Part shown: positions 28,782 through 38,527 of the stretch, one piece after another | Numbering within the stretch: the stretch's first letter is position 1 | Layout of the letters: every line of letters begins with the position of its first letter | From: an uncultured Actinomycetes bacterium | GTDB taxonomy: Bacteria; Actinomycetota; UBA4738; HRBIN12 | Direction: 5' to 3' | NCBI GenBank assembly: GCA_963704885.1 | Contig: CAVPIB010000004.1 | Location: forward strand, 32,001-96,000 | DNA: 64,000 nucleotides | Translations under genes and position numbers: made by a program | Notes under the pieces: generated by a model | Told to the model about the DNA's origin: nothing | Seen by the model: the letters and a program-made list of their open reading frames with translations, nothing else | The model's database searches: none

Positions 28782-30650
28782 GTGGACCTCCACCTGACGC
28801 CGTCGGCTCCGACAGACCAGGAGCGGGCCGCGGTCGACGCTCACCTTGGGCCCCCAGATACCGGGTGGGTGGGTGGCCCTCGCGACGGAGGTGTCGAGAC
28901 GCGGTTCGTGCGCGGCGGCAGTGCGGCCCGCGCGCAGCGGGATCTCCTGCTCCCGGCGTTGCATGCACTGCAGGCGGGGGTGGGATGGATCAGCGAGGGC
29001 GGCTTGAACTACGTCTGCCAGCGCCTGACCGTTCCTCCGGCCGAGGCCTACGGGGTCGCGACGTTCTACGCGATGTTCAGTGTGGTGCCTCGACCGGAGA
29101 CGGTGGTTCACGTTTGCGACGATCTCGCGTGCCGGGTGACGGGCGCGATCGAGCTCTGTGCCGCCCTCGAGGAGCAGGTCGGAGTGGAGGGCACGCCGAC
29201 CGCCGACGGATCCGCCACCTGGCAACGCAGTCCGTGTCTGGGGATGTGTGATCAGGCCCCGGCCGTACTAGGCCAGCGGACCGGTCGGCCCGACGTCGCC
29301 CTCGGTGGAGCGACAGCCGCATCGTTCGATGCGATCGTCCGGCCGGACTCGACCGTGGTGTGTGCGGGTGCCGACACAGCGCCACAGACCTGGGATCCCG
29401 CAACGCGCGCCGGCCTCCGGCTGCTGCGCCGTGTGGGCACCGCGGACCCTTCGTCGATCGACGACTATCGGGCGAACGGCGGCTACGAAGCGCTCCCGCG
29501 GGCGCGCGAGCTAGGTCCCGAAGGCGTGATCCGCGAGGTCACGGACGCGAAGCTGCTCGGTCGCGGGGGCGCGGCGTTCCCAGCCGGCGTCAAGTGGAAG
29601 GCTGTAGCGGAACAGGCCGCACGTCCTCACTACTTCGTCTGCAACGCGGACGAGTCCGAGCCGGGCACGTTCAAGGACCGGGTGGTCATGGAGCAGGACC
29701 CGTTCGCGGTGATCGAGGCGCTGACGATCGCGGGGTATGCCACCGGGTGCGAGCGGGGCTACATCTACATCCGGGGGGAGTATCCGCTCGCCACGGAGCG
29801 GCTGGAGAACGCGATCGCAGAGGCCCACCGGTGTGGTTTCCTTGGAGGCGACGTCATGGACGCGGGGTTCGCGTTCGACATCGAGCTCCGGCGCGGCGCC
29901 GGAGCATACATCTGCGGCGAGGAGACGGCGCTCTTCAACTCGATCGAGGGCAAGCGCGGCGAGCCCCGGAACAAGCCACCGTTCCCAGTGCAGCGCGGCG
30001 TGTTCGGCAAACCCACGGGTATCAACAACGTCGAGACGCTGATCAACGTGCTGGAGATCATGCGGATCGGTGGTCAGGCGTACGCCGAGATCGGCACCGA
30101 GGGCTCGACGGGACCCCGGCTCTTCTGCCTGAGCGGGACCGTGGCGCGCCCGGGCTTGTACGAGGTCGAGTCCGGCGCAACGTTGCGCCAGGTCCTCGAC
30201 CTGGCCGGAGGGATCCAGGGAACGCCGAAGGCGATCCTCCTCGGGGGTGCAGCGGGCGGGTTCGTCCCTCCCGAGGACCTGGACATCAAGCTCACGTTCG
30301 AGGACGCGCGCGAGGGCGGGTACACGCTCGGCTCGGGCGTCGTCATGGCGTTCAACGATCCGGTGGACCTGGTCGACATCGTGCTCCGCATCGCGCGGTT
30401 CTTCCGCGACGAGTCGTGCGGACAATGCGTCCCTTGCAGGGTCGGCACCGTCCGCCAGGAGGAGGCGCTGCACCGGTTGGCTCAAGGCAGCGCCCTTGGT
30501 TCGCGCGCGCAGGAGCTCGCGCTGATCGACGAGATCGCTCAGGTCATGCGCGACGCGTCGATCTGTGGCCTGGGCCAGACGGCAGCCTCCGCCGTGCAGT
30601 CTGCGGTGCAACGGCTGCGTCTCTTCGACGGCCAGGACGTGAGCGCATGA
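28782..30650 (+). CDS. NuoE-NuoF fusion, NAD-binding/FMN diaphorase subunit of formate dehydrogenase
   Basis: YGVATFY, CDDLAC, CLGMCD, GRGGAAFPAG.KW, NADESEPGT, YICGEETAL, ESCGQCVPCR. Confidence 0.9.
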   Translation: MDLHLTPSAPTDQERAAVDAHLGPPDTGWVGGPRDGGVETRFVRGGSAARAQRDLLLPALHALQAGVGWISEGGLNYVCQRLTVPPAEAYGVATFYAMFSVVPRPETVVHVCDDLACRVTGAIELCAALEEQVGVEGTPTADGSATWQRSPCLGMCDQAPAVLGQRTGRPDVALGGATAASFDAIVRPDSTVVCAGADTAPQTWDPATRAGLRLLRRVGTADPSSIDDYRANGGYEALPRARELGPEGVIREVTDAKLLGRGGAAFPAGVKWKAVAEQAARPHYFVCNADESEPGTFKDRVVMEQDPFAVIEALTIAGYATGCERGYIYIRGEYPLATERLENAIAEAHRCGFLGGDVMDAGFAFDIELRRGAGAYICGEETALFNSIEGKRGEPRNKPPFPVQRGVFGKPTGINNVETLINVLEIMRIGGQAYAEIGTEGSTGPRLFCLSGTVARPGLYEVESGATLRQVLDLAGGIQGTPKAILLGGAAGGFVPPEDLDIKLTFEDAREGGYTLGSGVVMAFNDPVDLVDIVLRIARFFRDESCGQCVPCRVGTVRQEEALHRLAQGSALGSRAQELALIDEIAQVMRDASICGLGQTAASAVQSAVQRLRLFDGQDVSA

Positions 30651-31624
30651 GCCAGGCTGTGCCGCTGGACCCGCCCCGTCGTTTGCTCGACCTCGAGGTC
30701 GACGGGCAACCGGTGAGGGTCGCGGAGGGTGCCACGATCCTCGACGCCTGTCGTGCGCAGGGGATAGACACGCCCACCCTGTGCTACGCCGACAACCTCA
30801 CCCCGGTGAACGCGTGCCGCGTGTGTGTGGTCGAGGTGGAAGGTGCTCGGACGCTCGTTCCCTCCTGCAGTCGCCAGGCCGAGGACGGGATGAAGGTCAA
30901 GACAGACACCGAGCGCGTGGCGCACTCCCGCAAGCTGGTGATGGAGTTCCTGGCGTCGAGCGTGGAGACGGAGCTCGCCGGTCCAGATGTGCACCGTTGG
31001 ATGGGGGAGTACGAGGTGGATCCCGATCGCTTCGGTGCACGGATGGTGCAGCTTCCGGCCGGGGAGCGCGATGAACGATGGGCCGGCCATCATCACGACC
31101 CGCCCGATCCCTCGGTGGCGGAGTCCGTCGCTCAGCCCGTGAAGATCGACAATGAGTTGTACGTCCGCGATTACTCGAAGTGCATCCTGTGCTACAAGTG
31201 CGTCGAGGCTTGTGGGGTGGACGCGCAGAACACGTTCGCGATCGCGGTCGCCGGGCGTGGGTTCGACGCCCGGATCTCGACCGAGTACGCCGTCCCGCTC
31301 AACGAGTCTGCTTGCGTCTACTGCGGGAATTGCATCGGCGTGTGTCCCACAGGCGCCTTGATGTTCACGAGCGAGCACGACAAGCGCGAGGACGGAACCT
31401 GGGACGAGTCCTCTCAGTCGGTCGTCGACACGATCTGTCCTTACTGCGGTGTCGGGTGCGAGCTCGAGCTTCACGTCCAGGACAACGAGATCGTCAAGGT
31501 CACCTCATCCTGGGACAACGACATCACCAGCGGCCATCTCTGCATCAAGGGACGATTCGGGTTCGCGTTCGTCCAAGCTCGGAAGGGCGACGATCCTGCG
31601 GTGCGGAAGCGTGAGCGAGACTAG
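30647..31624 (+). CDS. NuoG-like Fe-S subunit ending in the molybdopterin-oxidoreductase 4Fe-4S domain
   Basis: PTLC..CRVCVVE..C (2Fe-2S), CILCYKC, CVYCGNCIGVCP, CPYCGVGC...LCIKGRFG. Confidence 0.9.
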   Translation: MSQAVPLDPPRRLLDLEVDGQPVRVAEGATILDACRAQGIDTPTLCYADNLTPVNACRVCVVEVEGARTLVPSCSRQAEDGMKVKTDTERVAHSRKLVMEFLASSVETELAGPDVHRWMGEYEVDPDRFGARMVQLPAGERDERWAGHHHDPPDPSVAESVAQPVKIDNELYVRDYSKCILCYKCVEACGVDAQNTFAIAVAGRGFDARISTEYAVPLNESACVYCGNCIGVCPTGALMFTSEHDKREDGTWDESSQSVVDTICPYCGVGCELELHVQDNEIVKVTSSWDNDITSGHLCIKGRFGFAFVQARKGDDPAVRKRERD

Positions 31625-32252
31625 TCTGACCCAGACTACTGGCGGTACGACGGGGATCGTGCTGGCCGGTGGGCGCTCGACCAGGTTCGGCAGCGACAAG
31701 CTCACAGCGCAGTATCAGGGTGCGCCACTCCTGCACGGCGCGGTCACGCGACTAGCCGGGGTGTGTGACGAGGTCGTCGTGGTCCTCTCGCCGAACGGTG
31801 CCGAACCCCCCCTTCCCTCGGACGCTCGCGTCCGGTTCACGCGCGACGCGACCGAAGGGGAGGGCCCGCTCGCCGGCTTATACACCGGGCTGATGGCGGT
31901 CCGCACCGAGCTGACCCTGGTGGCCGGCGGAGACATGCCCGATCTCCAGACAGCCGTGCTCGTCGAGATGCTACGCGTCGCCCAGGAGGATGGTGTAGAC
32001 GCGGTCGTGCTGGCGGATCGCGAGAGATACCGCCCACTCCCTTGCGTCCTGCGGATGCTGGAGGCGCTCGACGCGGCGCACACGCTGCTTCACCTGGGCG
32101 GCCGTCGTCTCCGATCCATGGTGGAGGCGCTCCATCCCATCGTGATCCCCGAGGCCACGTGGTCGGCCATGGATCCCGCAAGGAGAACGCTCTTCGACGT
32201 GGACGAACCGGGTGATCTTGCCCTCACGCCCACAACACTCCGAACCGAGTGA
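31611..32252 (+). CDS. mobA: molybdenum cofactor guanylyltransferase
   Basis: LAGGRSTRFGSDK, GPLAGL, DMP. Confidence 0.85.
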   Translation: MSETSLTQTTGGTTGIVLAGGRSTRFGSDKLTAQYQGAPLLHGAVTRLAGVCDEVVVVLSPNGAEPPLPSDARVRFTRDATEGEGPLAGLYTGLMAVRTELTLVAGGDMPDLQTAVLVEMLRVAQEDGVDAVVLADRERYRPLPCVLRMLEALDAAHTLLHLGGRRLRSMVEALHPIVIPEATWSAMDPARRTLFDVDEPGDLALTPTTLRTE

Positions 32253-32262
32253 GTTCCATGGT

Positions 32263-32292
32263 GTTGCCCTCGTGATCTCGGACGAGGGCAAC
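32263..32292 (+). terminator. 11-bp stem-loop after the fdh-mobA operon
   Basis: GTTGCCCTCGT-N8-ACGAGGGCAAC; no U-tract. Confidence 0.5.
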
Positions 32293-32395
32293 CTGCGGCC
32301 GATATGCGCGCGCGTCGGCATGGGATAGGCTCCGAGCCGAAGAGCGGGGAGGCTCGGCCACCCGCGCATCACATCTCTCCCGGAAGGACTGTGCC

Positions 32396-33712
32396 ATGAA
32401 GCGTCGTGTCCTGATCATGGGAGCCGCGGGCCGCGACTTCCACAACTTCAATACGGTGTACCGCGACGATCCCAACACCGAGGTCGTGGCGTTCACGGCG
32501 ACCCAGATCCCATTCATCAACGACCGCATGTACCCGGCCGAGCTCGCCGGTCCGAACTATCCGGACGGCATCAAGATCCACGACGAGTCCGAGCTGACGC
32601 AGCTGATCAAGCGAGAGCGCGTCGACGACGTCGTGTTCGCGTACTCGGACGTGTCGCATGTCTACGTGATGCACAAGGCGAGCGAGGCGATGGCCGCTGG
32701 TGCGAACTTCCTGCTTCTGGGCGCCGATGCGACCATGCTCGACGCCGAGGTCCCGGTGGTCTCGGTCTGCGCCGTGCGCACCGGGTCCGGCAAGAGCCAG
32801 ACGACGCGCGCGATAGCCGGGACCATGAAGGACGCGGGTAAGCGCGTCGTCGCGGTCCGTCACCCCATGCCCTACGGCGACCTGAACGCCCAGCGCGTGC
32901 AGCGCTACGCCACTCTCGAAGACCTCGACAGCTACGACACCACGATCGAGGAGCGCGAGGAGTACGAACCGCATATCACGTCCGGAACGATCATCTACGC
33001 CGGCGTCGACTATGCGGACATCCTCGCGCAGGCACAGAGGGAGTGCGACGTGCTCCTGTGGGACGGTGGGAACAACGATCTGCCTTTCTACCGGCCCACC
33101 GTGAGCGTCGTGGTCGCCGACCCACTCCGCGCCGGGCACGAGATGACGTACTTCCCCGGCGAGACGAACTTCCGCATGGCCGACGTGATCGTGATCAACA
33201 AGGTGGACTCGGCCTCGACGGAACAGATCGGTCAGCTGGAGGACACCATCCGAGCGGTGAACCCAGGGGCGACCGTCGTGAAGGCGAACAGTCGCGTGAC
33301 GGTCGACGATGCTGGCGCGATCGCCGGGAAGCGGGTGCTCGTGGTCGAAGACGGGCCGACCCTCACGCACGGTGAGATGAAGTTCGGCGCCGGCGTCGTG
33401 GCGGCGCGCCTGAACGGAGCCGCCGAGATAGTCGACCCGCGCCCCTGGGCGGTGGGGACCATCGACGAGACGTTCCGCAAGTACGACGTGGGCCCCGTGC
33501 TGCCGGCCATGGGGTACTCGGACGGGCAGCTCGCGGAGATGGAGAAGATCATCGATGCGGCAGACGTGGACCTGGTGGTGATCGGGACCCCGATCGACCT
33601 GCGGCGCGTGATCTCCATCTCGAAGCCGGCGGTTCGCGTGCGTTACGACCTGGACGTCCTTCCAGATTCACCGCAGCTGACCGACATCTTGTCGCCCGTT
33701 CTGACGGGCTGA
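32396..33712 (+). CDS. COG2403 P-loop protein (cyclic 2,3-diphosphoglycerate synthetase-like; probable arginine synthetase ArcE)
   Basis: IMGAAGRDFHNFN, RTGSGKSQT, RHPMPYG, DGGNND, EDGPTLTHG; directly upstream of carbamate kinase. Confidence 0.75.
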   Translation: MKRRVLIMGAAGRDFHNFNTVYRDDPNTEVVAFTATQIPFINDRMYPAELAGPNYPDGIKIHDESELTQLIKRERVDDVVFAYSDVSHVYVMHKASEAMAAGANFLLLGADATMLDAEVPVVSVCAVRTGSGKSQTTRAIAGTMKDAGKRVVAVRHPMPYGDLNAQRVQRYATLEDLDSYDTTIEEREEYEPHITSGTIIYAGVDYADILAQAQRECDVLLWDGGNNDLPFYRPTVSVVVADPLRAGHEMTYFPGETNFRMADVIVINKVDSASTEQIGQLEDTIRAVNPGATVVKANSRVTVDDAGAIAGKRVLVVEDGPTLTHGEMKFGAGVVAARLNGAAEIVDPRPWAVGTIDETFRKYDVGPVLPAMGYSDGQLAEMEKIIDAADVDLVVIGTPIDLRRVISISKPAVRVRYDLDVLPDSPQLTDILSPVLTG

Positions 33713-33738
33713 TCCCGAACCGGAGCGAGGCGGCGATC

Positions 33739-34677
33739 GTGGAGCGGGTGGTCATCGCGCTCGGTGGCAACGCGCTGCTGCGTCGTGGCGCCGAGGACAC
33801 CTTCGACGAGATGTATCGAGCCGCCCGTTCGGCAGCTGAGCGGATCGCCGAGATCGCGGCCGCCGACTGGGAAGTCGTCGTCACCCACGGCAACGGACCG
33901 CAGGTTGGACGGATCCTCCTGCAGCAGGAGGCCGCCAAGGATGTGGTCAACCCGATGCCTTTGGACGTCTGTGGTGCGGAGAGCCAAGGACAGATCGGGT
34001 ACCTGCTGCAGGTCACGATCGGCGATGTGTTCTTCGAGCGCGGCATGGAGCGTCCGGTCGTCACGATCCTCACGCTGACGCGCGTCCGATCCCAGGACCC
34101 CGCGTTCCGCAACCCAACGAAGTTCGTCGGACCCTACTACGACGAAGTGCAGGCCAAGGAGCTCGAGACGGCACGCGGCTATGTGATGAAGGCCGACCCC
34201 CATGGTGGGTGGCGTCGGGTCGTTCCGTCTCCCAGGCCTTACTCGATCGTAGAGACCCCCGTGATCACGCGGCTGGTTGCCGACGGCGCGATCGTGATCG
34301 CGGCCGGCGGAGGAGGTGTGCCCGTGATCGAGAAGGGCCCTCGCCTGATCGGCAAGGAAGGCGTCGTGGACAAGGATCTTGCGGCTGCGATCTTGGCCCA
34401 CGAGGTCGGTGCCTCGGTGCTACTCATACTCACGGACGTGAAGAAGATCCAGCGGGGTTACGGGTCCCTTTATCCGGAGGATCTCGATCGGATCTCCGTG
34501 AGCGAGGCGAAGGCCCTCCTCAAGAAGGGTGAGTTCGGAGCGGGCTCCATGGGCCCGAAGGTCCAAGCGGCCGTGAACTTCGTGGAGGCAGGGGGCGCGC
34601 GCGCAGTGATCGCCGAACTAGATGACGCACCGGCAGCGCTTCTCGGGAACGCCGGGACCGAGCTAGTGGCCGACTGA
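33739..34677 (+). CDS. arcC: carbamate kinase
   Basis: VIALGGNAL, THGNGPQVG, SQGQIGY, RRVVPSP, VDKD, GSMGPKV. Confidence 0.93.
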   Translation: MERVVIALGGNALLRRGAEDTFDEMYRAARSAAERIAEIAAADWEVVVTHGNGPQVGRILLQQEAAKDVVNPMPLDVCGAESQGQIGYLLQVTIGDVFFERGMERPVVTILTLTRVRSQDPAFRNPTKFVGPYYDEVQAKELETARGYVMKADPHGGWRRVVPSPRPYSIVETPVITRLVADGAIVIAAGGGGVPVIEKGPRLIGKEGVVDKDLAAAILAHEVGASVLLILTDVKKIQRGYGSLYPEDLDRISVSEAKALLKKGEFGAGSMGPKVQAAVNFVEAGGARAVIAELDDAPAALLGNAGTELVAD

Positions 34678-34776
34678 CTCCGGCGGGCTACGGAAGGAGC
34701 GCCGAAGTGTCGGATCGCGAGCCGGTTCGCGTTGATGTCGCACTCGAAGACCGAGCGGCCACGATCTGATCCGGGT

Positions 34777-34899
34777 TCACCTAGCCGGGTTCCTGAATAG
34801 CTGCACGGCCACGAATAGCGCGAACGCGCCGACGGCCATGACGAGGAACGCCAGCATCCCCACGAAGAACCATTCGAGGAAGCCTTGGATGGCCAGCAC
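34777..34899 (-). CDS. small membrane protein (40 aa), probably leaderless
   Basis: MLAIQGFLEWFFVGMLAFLVMAVGAFALFVAVQLFRNPAR; TAGGAT 6 nt before the GTG. Confidence 0.6.
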   Translation of the reverse strand: MLAIQGFLEWFFVGMLAFLVMAVGAFALFVAVQLFRNPAR

Positions 34900-34997
34900 G
34901 CAGCCATCCTATCGGAGCTGCCGCCCGTGACGATCGAAGTTCCGCCGGTTCCCGGCTCCCGGCCACGTGCCCGTCGGCCGGACTATGCTGTCCCGCT

Positions 34998-35216
34998 ATG
35001 GACACACCGCGCGAAGACACGGAGAGGGAGCCACCGAAGGACGAGAACGACGAGACCAAGCCCGCAAGCGAGGTCGAGTCCTACGAATCCGAGTGGTACC
35101 AGGTCTTGAAACGGCGGGCCGAGGAACTCGAGGGGCAAACGGAGCCGGCCGAGGGCGATGGCGAAGAAGAACTCGAGGAGCAGGGCGAGGGCGAGGGCGA
35201 GGGCGCCGAGGCTTGA
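34998..35216 (+). CDS. small acidic protein
   Basis: 72 aa, E-rich with YESEWYQVLKRRA core; TATGCT -10 upstream. Confidence 0.6.
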   Translation: MDTPREDTEREPPKDENDETKPASEVESYESEWYQVLKRRAEELEGQTEPAEGDGEEELEEQGEGEGEGAEA

Positions 35217-35245
35217 GGGCCCGGCCGACCCTTGAGCATCCATCC

Positions 35246-36265
35246 ATGCGGCTGGGGATCCTGACCGGCGGCGGCGACTGTCCCGGGCTGAATGCCGCGA
35301 TCCGGGCCGTGGTCCGGTCCGGTGAAGACCGAGGGATAACGATCCTGGGGTTCCGAGACGGCTGGCGAGGGGTGCTCGACGGCCAGGCTCGCGAACTCAC
35401 CCTGGAAGACGTGAGAGGGATCCTGCCCAGGGGGGGCACCATCCTGGGCACTTCGGGAACGCAGCCCCACCTGATAGACGGCGGATCCGATCTGGTCCGA
35501 GACGCCATGGAGGTCCACGCCCTCGACGGGTTCGTCGTGATCGGAGGCGAAGGAACCATGGGGGCCACCGCGGCGATGCCCGATGTGGCGGCCGTCGGGA
35601 TCCCCAAGACGATCGACAACGACATCGGGGGAACCGACTCCAGCATCGGGTTCTGGACCGCCGCGCAGATCGCCACCGATTCGGTAGATCGCCTCTACAG
35701 CACCGCCGAGAGCCACAACCGCGTGATGGTGTGCGAGGTGATGGGTCGGAGCGCTGGTTGGATCGGACTGACCGCCGGCATGGCGGGCGGCGCCGACATC
35801 ATCCTGATCCCGGAGTATCCGTTCGACATCGAGGCCGTCTGCCGCCGTATCCGCCGGGTCCACTCCGAACGGAGGCCGTTCTCGATCGTCGTTGTCTCAG
35901 AGGGAGCCGAGCCGATCCCCGGCACCATGTCGGTGCCGGAGTACGCACTCGACGAGAACGGCTGGCCGCGGCTCGGGGGGATCGGGAGCCTGGTGGCCGA
36001 CGAGATCCATCGGCGGATCCGATCGGAGACCCGGGTGACCACGCTCGGCCACGTCCAGCGGGGTGGTTCGCCGGTCGCGTTCGACCGCGTGCTGGCCAGC
36101 CGGCTCGGCATGGCCGCTGTGGACGAGGTCCTCGCCGGCCATTGGGGGAATCTGGTCGGAGTCCGGGGTGGGGAGATCGTGACCACGCCGCTCGCCGAGG
36201 TGGGGGCTCAGCCCAGCCTGGTACCGGCCGAGCTCCAACGGATCCCCGAGATCCTCTGCACGTGA
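35246..36265 (+). CDS. 6-phosphofructokinase (ATP-type signature)
   Basis: TGGGDCPGLN, GGEGT, PKTIDND, EVMGR, LGHVQRGG. Confidence 0.9.
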   Translation: MRLGILTGGGDCPGLNAAIRAVVRSGEDRGITILGFRDGWRGVLDGQARELTLEDVRGILPRGGTILGTSGTQPHLIDGGSDLVRDAMEVHALDGFVVIGGEGTMGATAAMPDVAAVGIPKTIDNDIGGTDSSIGFWTAAQIATDSVDRLYSTAESHNRVMVCEVMGRSAGWIGLTAGMAGGADIILIPEYPFDIEAVCRRIRRVHSERRPFSIVVVSEGAEPIPGTMSVPEYALDENGWPRLGGIGSLVADEIHRRIRSETRVTTLGHVQRGGSPVAFDRVLASRLGMAAVDEVLAGHWGNLVGVRGGEIVTTPLAEVGAQPSLVPAELQRIPEILCT

Positions 36266-36304
36266 CCGGCTGATAGGGCCCCTCCCCGTAGTAGCGTTCC
36301 GCGC

Positions 36305-37453
36305 GTGAAGGTAGGCATCCTGACCGGCGGGGGCGATGTCCCCGGACTGAACGCCAGCATCAAGGCGGCCACGATGCGCATGGCCTCGGATGGCCACCAG
36401 GTACTGGGCATCCGCCGCGGATGGGCCGGGATCTTGGAGACCGATCCCGATGATCCATCGACCGCTACTGCGAACACGATCACGCTGGACCCGGGCGTGG
36501 TGCGGACGATCGATCGCACGGGGGGAACGTTCCTGCACACCTCCAGGACGAACCCTGCCAAAGTTCGCGCGGCTGAGGAGCCCGCCTTCCTCGCGGGTGG
36601 TCGGCAGGACGACGGTCCGCGGGACCATACGTCGCATGCCCTGCGCGTGCTCGACCATCTGGGGCTCGATGCGCTGATCCCGATAGGCGGCGACGACACC
36701 CTTTCGTTCGCGCTGCGGTTATCGGACGAAGGGGTGCCCGTGGTGGCCATCCCCAAGACCATGGACAACGACGTCCACGGCACCGACTACTGCATCGGAT
36801 TCTCCACGGCCATCACGCGGACGGTGATCTTCATCCACCAGCTGCGCACCAGTGCGGGCTCCCACGAACGGTTGGCGGTGGTAGAGGTGTTCGGTCGATA
36901 CAGCGGGGAGACATCCCTCGTGGCGGCTTACCTCTCTGGTGTGGACCGCGCGATCATCTCGGAGGTCCCGTTCGACATCGAGAAGCTCGCGGGGTTCCTG
37001 ATGGCCGACAAGGCGTCCAACCCGAGCAGCTACGCCATGATGACGATATCCGAGGGTGCCACCTTGATAGGCGGGGAGATGGTCCAGGAGGGTCCCGAGG
37101 ACGCGTACGGCCATCGGAAGCTGGGTGGCGTGGGGCAACAGACGAGCGAGATGTTGAAGGAGATCACGGGTGACGGGATCATCTACCAGCAGATCGGCTA
37201 CCTCATGCGTTCGGGCAGCCCCGACTCGCTCGACCTCATGGTCGCCATCAACTACGCGGTCATGGCAGCGGACCTGGTGATCGAGGGAACGAACGGACGG
37301 CTGGTCGCGCTGCGGAACGGGAACTACGCCAACGTGCCGCTGGAGGTCACCCGTCAAGGTGTGAAGCGAGTCGACGTCGATTCGTTGTACGACGCGGGTC
37401 AATACCAACCGAAGATCCGCCACGTAGACGGCAAGCCGATGTTCCTGTACTAG
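36305..37453 (+). CDS. 6-phosphofructokinase family (PPi-type signature)
   Basis: [27 protein letters not shown]. Confidence 0.88.
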   Translation: MKVGILTGGGDVPGLNASIKAATMRMASDGHQVLGIRRGWAGILETDPDDPSTATANTITLDPGVVRTIDRTGGTFLHTSRTNPAKVRAAEEPAFLAGGRQDDGPRDHTSHALRVLDHLGLDALIPIGGDDTLSFALRLSDEGVPVVAIPKTMDNDVHGTDYCIGFSTAITRTVIFIHQLRTSAGSHERLAVVEVFGRYSGETSLVAAYLSGVDRAIISEVPFDIEKLAGFLMADKASNPSSYAMMTISEGATLIGGEMVQEGPEDAYGHRKLGGVGQQTSEMLKEITGDGIIYQQIGYLMRSGSPDSLDLMVAINYAVMAADLVIEGTNGRLVALRNGNYANVPLEVTRQGVKRVDVDSLYDAGQYQPKIRHVDGKPMFLY

Positions 37454-37465
37454 GCTGTCGCGACC

Positions 37466-38527
37466 GTGGCCTCCTACCGAGTCGATCTGCGTTCAGACAC
37501 CGTCACCACCCCTTCCGCAGCCATGCGCAAGGCGATGGCCGAGGCGGAGGTTGGCGACGACTGGTACGGAGACGACCCCACGGTCAACCGGCTGCAGGAT
37601 CGCGCGGCCGAGCTCACCGAGAAGGAAGCCGCCATGTTCGTGCCCACCGGCACGATGGCGAACCAGATCGGCCTTCGCTTGCATGTGACGGGCTCCGGTC
37701 ACTTGGTCGCAGCAACGGCCGGCGCGCACGTTGCGAGCACCGAGATGATGACCTCCGCGGTCCTGTCGGGCATCACCTGCCGGACAGGCGACCCCGGTCC
37801 GAAGGGATGGATGACGGCGGATCTCGCCCGCTCGCTCGTCGAGGACGAGGATCCCTACGACGTCGAGGTCGTGGATCTGCTGGCCGTCGAGAACACCATG
37901 GGTCATGCAGGCGGCACCGTGATGCCTGTTGAGGAGCTTCGGGCGATCCGCAAGGTGGCCGACGATAACGGCCTGCCGATCCACCTGGACGGTGCGCGTA
38001 TATTCAACGCCGCGGTGGCCGCCGGGGTGGACGTCAGCGAGTTCGCCCGCGAAGCGGACACGATGATGTTCTGCGTCTCGAAAGGCCTGGGAGCTCCGAT
38101 CGGATCGCTCGTGTGCGGCACGCGTGAGCACATCCGTGAGGCGCGGAGGCTCAAGATCCTGTTCGGCGGCGCCTGGCGACAGGCCGGGATCATGGCCGCC
38201 GCCGGCCTGGTCGCCCTGGAGGGCGGTCGCGAGCGTCTGCACGAGGATCACGAGCGCGCGCGGCGACTAGCCGACGGGGTGGCCGAGGTTCTTCCTGGTT
38301 CGCTCGATCCCGCAACGGTCGAAACGAACATGGTCTACGTCGACACGGACGCGGTGGGGCTGCGGTCCCTGGACGTGATCCGTCGGCTCGCGGACCTCGG
38401 CGTGGGAGCGACGCCCGTCTCCGGGAAGGTTCGGATGGTCACCCACGTTGACGTTGACGACGACGGACTGGCATTGGCTCTGGACGCCTTGCGCTCCGTC
38501 GTCGTGGACGCCGCGAAGGAGACATGA
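37466..38527 (+). CDS. low-specificity L-threonine aldolase
   Basis: [34 protein letters not shown]. Confidence 0.9.
   Translation: MASYRVDLRSDTVTTPSAAMRKAMAEAEVGDDWYGDDPTVNRLQDRAAELTEKEAAMFVPTGTMANQIGLRLHVTGSGHLVAATAGAHVASTEMMTSAVLSGITCRTGDPGPKGWMTADLARSLVEDEDPYDVEVVDLLAVENTMGHAGGTVMPVEELRAIRKVADDNGLPIHLDGARIFNAAVAAGVDVSEFAREADTMMFCVSKGLGAPIGSLVCGTREHIREARRLKILFGGAWRQAGIMAAAGLVALEGGRERLHEDHERARRLADGVAEVLPGSLDPATVETNMVYVDTDAVGLRSLDVIRRLADLGVGATPVSGKVRMVTHVDVDDDGLALALDALRSVVVDAAKET

Noticed and set aside
29360-30646. Long N-terminal part of the 754-aa ORF
   Set aside because: Shadow frame over nuoEF; the real start is ATG 30647 overlapping the upstream stop
32278-32305. Fifth sigma28-like site (GCCGATAT)
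   Set aside because: Poor -35 inside a hairpin, and a TAGGCT -10 lies closer to the gene
35183-35205. GGGCGA hexamer run
   Set aside because: Encodes a low-complexity GE tail
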